A DNA stretch of 64,000 nucleotides, taken from positions 37,826,437 through 37,890,436 of the forward strand of contig NC_092672.1 in NCBI RefSeq assembly GCF_964355755.1, read 5' to 3'. The position numbers and the translations under genes were made by a program. Origin of the DNA: Antedon mediterranea (lineage: Eukaryota > Animalia > Echinodermata). The notes below the pieces were generated by a model. The model made no database searches, was not told where the DNA came from, and saw only the letters and a list, made by a program, of their open reading frames with translations. Of the stretch, positions 62,059-64,000 are shown in pieces. Position 1 is the first letter of the stretch, and every line of letters starts with the position of its first letter.

Positions 62059-63994
62059 TTACAAAACAAACAATACACTAACGAGACTGGAAACAACCAG
62101 GAACAATACGTTGGATATAGACACGGCAGCTGAATTATTGTCGTCATTGTCACCAACTATGGTTTCAGCAGTGCAGCCTAAAAAGTCAACACCAAAAAGA
62201 CGTGGATAGCCATAGTCCACGCCCCGGAATCTGTCATCGTAGCGATAATACTGCTTTCCCTTTACAAAGTACATATTAGTACCAGAACCTAGTATAAAAA
62301 ATGATATAATAATTCAATATTAACTCATGATTGATGAAATGAAATATAACGTGAAAAAGCATCATGGGGAAAATATCTGAAGATTAGTTCATGCACATTA
62401 ACCAATTGATCACTCTTAAAATAATCTCTTGTGATTGGTCAAATCACTTGCGTTGCGTATGATGGACGCACAGCGCAACAATAATATACGCAATACAAGT
62501 GAGTTGACCAATCTATTGATAAAATAGGGGATAGGGGATGATCAATCGCGTCCTGTTTAGTAAACTTGCGGCGCGCTTACGTCATTGCGTTGACTCTTCC
62601 ACTAGGTGATTTCTTTTCGCTCGAATCGAAAGAGTCAGCTTAAGCCGATTTTCCACTAGGCGAATTTGTTCGCGCGAATCGAAAGCGTCATGCTATGCAC
62701 ATGCGTATTCGCGTTTCTGTCTGTCATACTGCCTTCTTCGACGAATTCTAGTTCCTTTGATTTTTCGCTTTAGCGAAATTTACTAGTTCGAATTGTTTCT
62801 ACTTTTTGCGAAGCGAAATATTGCGCAACCAATCAGAGCTCAGGAAATGAGCACTCATGCGAATCGAAATGCTCAGCAACCACGCGAGGAACATGAACGT
62901 CGCAGCTTTTCGCTCATGTAGTGAAAAGAGAGTAGGCGATTTTTTTCTCTTCGAAACGTTGGATTCGCGTGAACAAATTCGCCTAGTGGAAAATCAGCTT
63001 TATACGCATGAAAAATAGGCTTAAAGCATAGTCTTATGCGCAAACAAGTGTGTTTTGCGTCTAGTGCGATTTGGCGTCGATAAATAAATGTTAAGTCCGT
63101 CTTCTTTCCCGCCTATTACTTACCGTCTCCATAACGGAATGCTGCTGTCACGAAATCTGGAACCCCTGGAAACACAAGACTTATGCTTATTGGATAACCT
63201 GGGTCTATCGCTTTTCTTTCCTCGTTGTACCGCCAAACTAGATCATCCTTGAAAAAGTAGGTTGTTTGAAATTCGTAGTAAGTAAGAACTGCGTCAATAC
63301 CGTTAGGGAGTGAAGGTTTACCAGGCTCTGTTAAACTGCTAATGTCCAACGGACCTTCTTCTTGTACATTTCCATTAAATATGTAGTAACTGTCATCTGT
63401 GAGTGGAGAAGTGAATAAAATATTAAGAAAGGAGATTTTGTTGGAAGAGCTGCCTCTTCTCTAGAATGCTTATGAGTGCGATGGTACAAATAATTTCAAG
63501 AGGTGAGAGATGATAGATGATAATCTAGGTACCGGACGGAGTTTTGACTTAATATTAGTAAAAAGATAAATTATTGTGGCAGATATGGCGTTTCATACGT
63601 ATACTACTTGAGCTTGTAAATCGAAACGTCGATTGGTGAACTAACATTTAAAAGACAATAAATAGGCTACAGACTTGAGGCAAGTAGTAGTCTCTTCTCT
63701 CTTATTGTATGTGGGAGGTTAAAATCTACATTATAATTTATTATGACGCTCATGATGAACGATGAAACTACGGCATTTATAATATGCTATTTGTAATCGT
63801 GGTGTTATATTAAAAACAAAATTTAAGTTAATTAACACTTTACCTTTGAAGAAAATGATTTTACCATCCACTGGTCGTTCGTACACAGCGTCAACGTTGC
63901 TAGGTAGATCGTAATACCAGAAGTATTTGTTGTCTTCTCCTTCAGGATTGTTCGCAACATAATTGAGATATGGTATCCTCCAATATTTGTCATT
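62059..63994 (-). CDS. 3' exons of a membrane-anchored matrix metalloproteinase (hemopexin repeats plus hydrophobic C-terminus); 5' part lies outside the window
   Basis: Exons 63844-63994 (LPSNVDAVYERPVDGKIIFFK), 63124-63396 (IDAV..TYFFKDDLVWRYNEERKAIDPGYP) and 62059-62288 (YFVKGKQYYRYD..VDYGYPR..DFLGC, then a hydrophobic tail). The catalytic domain is not visible, so the MMP call rests on hemopexin motifs typical of MT-MMPs. Confidence 0.85.
62641..63002. mobile_element. MITE with ~38-bp TIRs in an MMP intron
   Basis: agccgattttccactaggcgaatttgttcgcgcgaatc ... gattcgcgtgaacaaattcgcctagtggaaaatcagct; TTA flanks. Confidence 0.85.
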
Positions 63995-64000
63995 CTATAA

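Overview
AT-rich eukaryotic (animal) genomic DNA with spliceosomal GT-AG introns; it looks like an invertebrate, possibly a deuterostome, but the species cannot be fixed from sequence alone. Four genes are visible. (1) A complete neurofibromin (NF1) gene on the minus strand, 49973->1791, with 51 exons that splice in frame to ~2670 aa. (2) Trichoplein (TCHP) on the plus strand, 50665-54822, head-to-head with NF1. (3) A secreted transcobalamin/intrinsic-factor-like cobalamin-binding protein gene on the minus strand, 61103->55931. (4) The last three exons of a hemopexin-domain, probably GPI-anchored MMP on the minus strand. Introns are packed with PIF/Harbinger-type MITEs, Kolobok-, pogo- and Helentron-like elements, tRNA-derived SINEs and satellites (a 7.5 kb 46-bp array, a 57-bp array and a G-rich array). 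The most notable observations are: a minimal hammerhead ribozyme in a Penelope-like fragment; three independent tandem duplications of an NF1 exon tail plus its 5' splice site; a perfect 33-bp inverted repeat bracketing NF1 exons 47-50 (circRNA candidate); and a MITE inserted directly into a splice donor. I found no evidence of a wholly new multi-gene system. All exon coordinates and numbering were read by hand.
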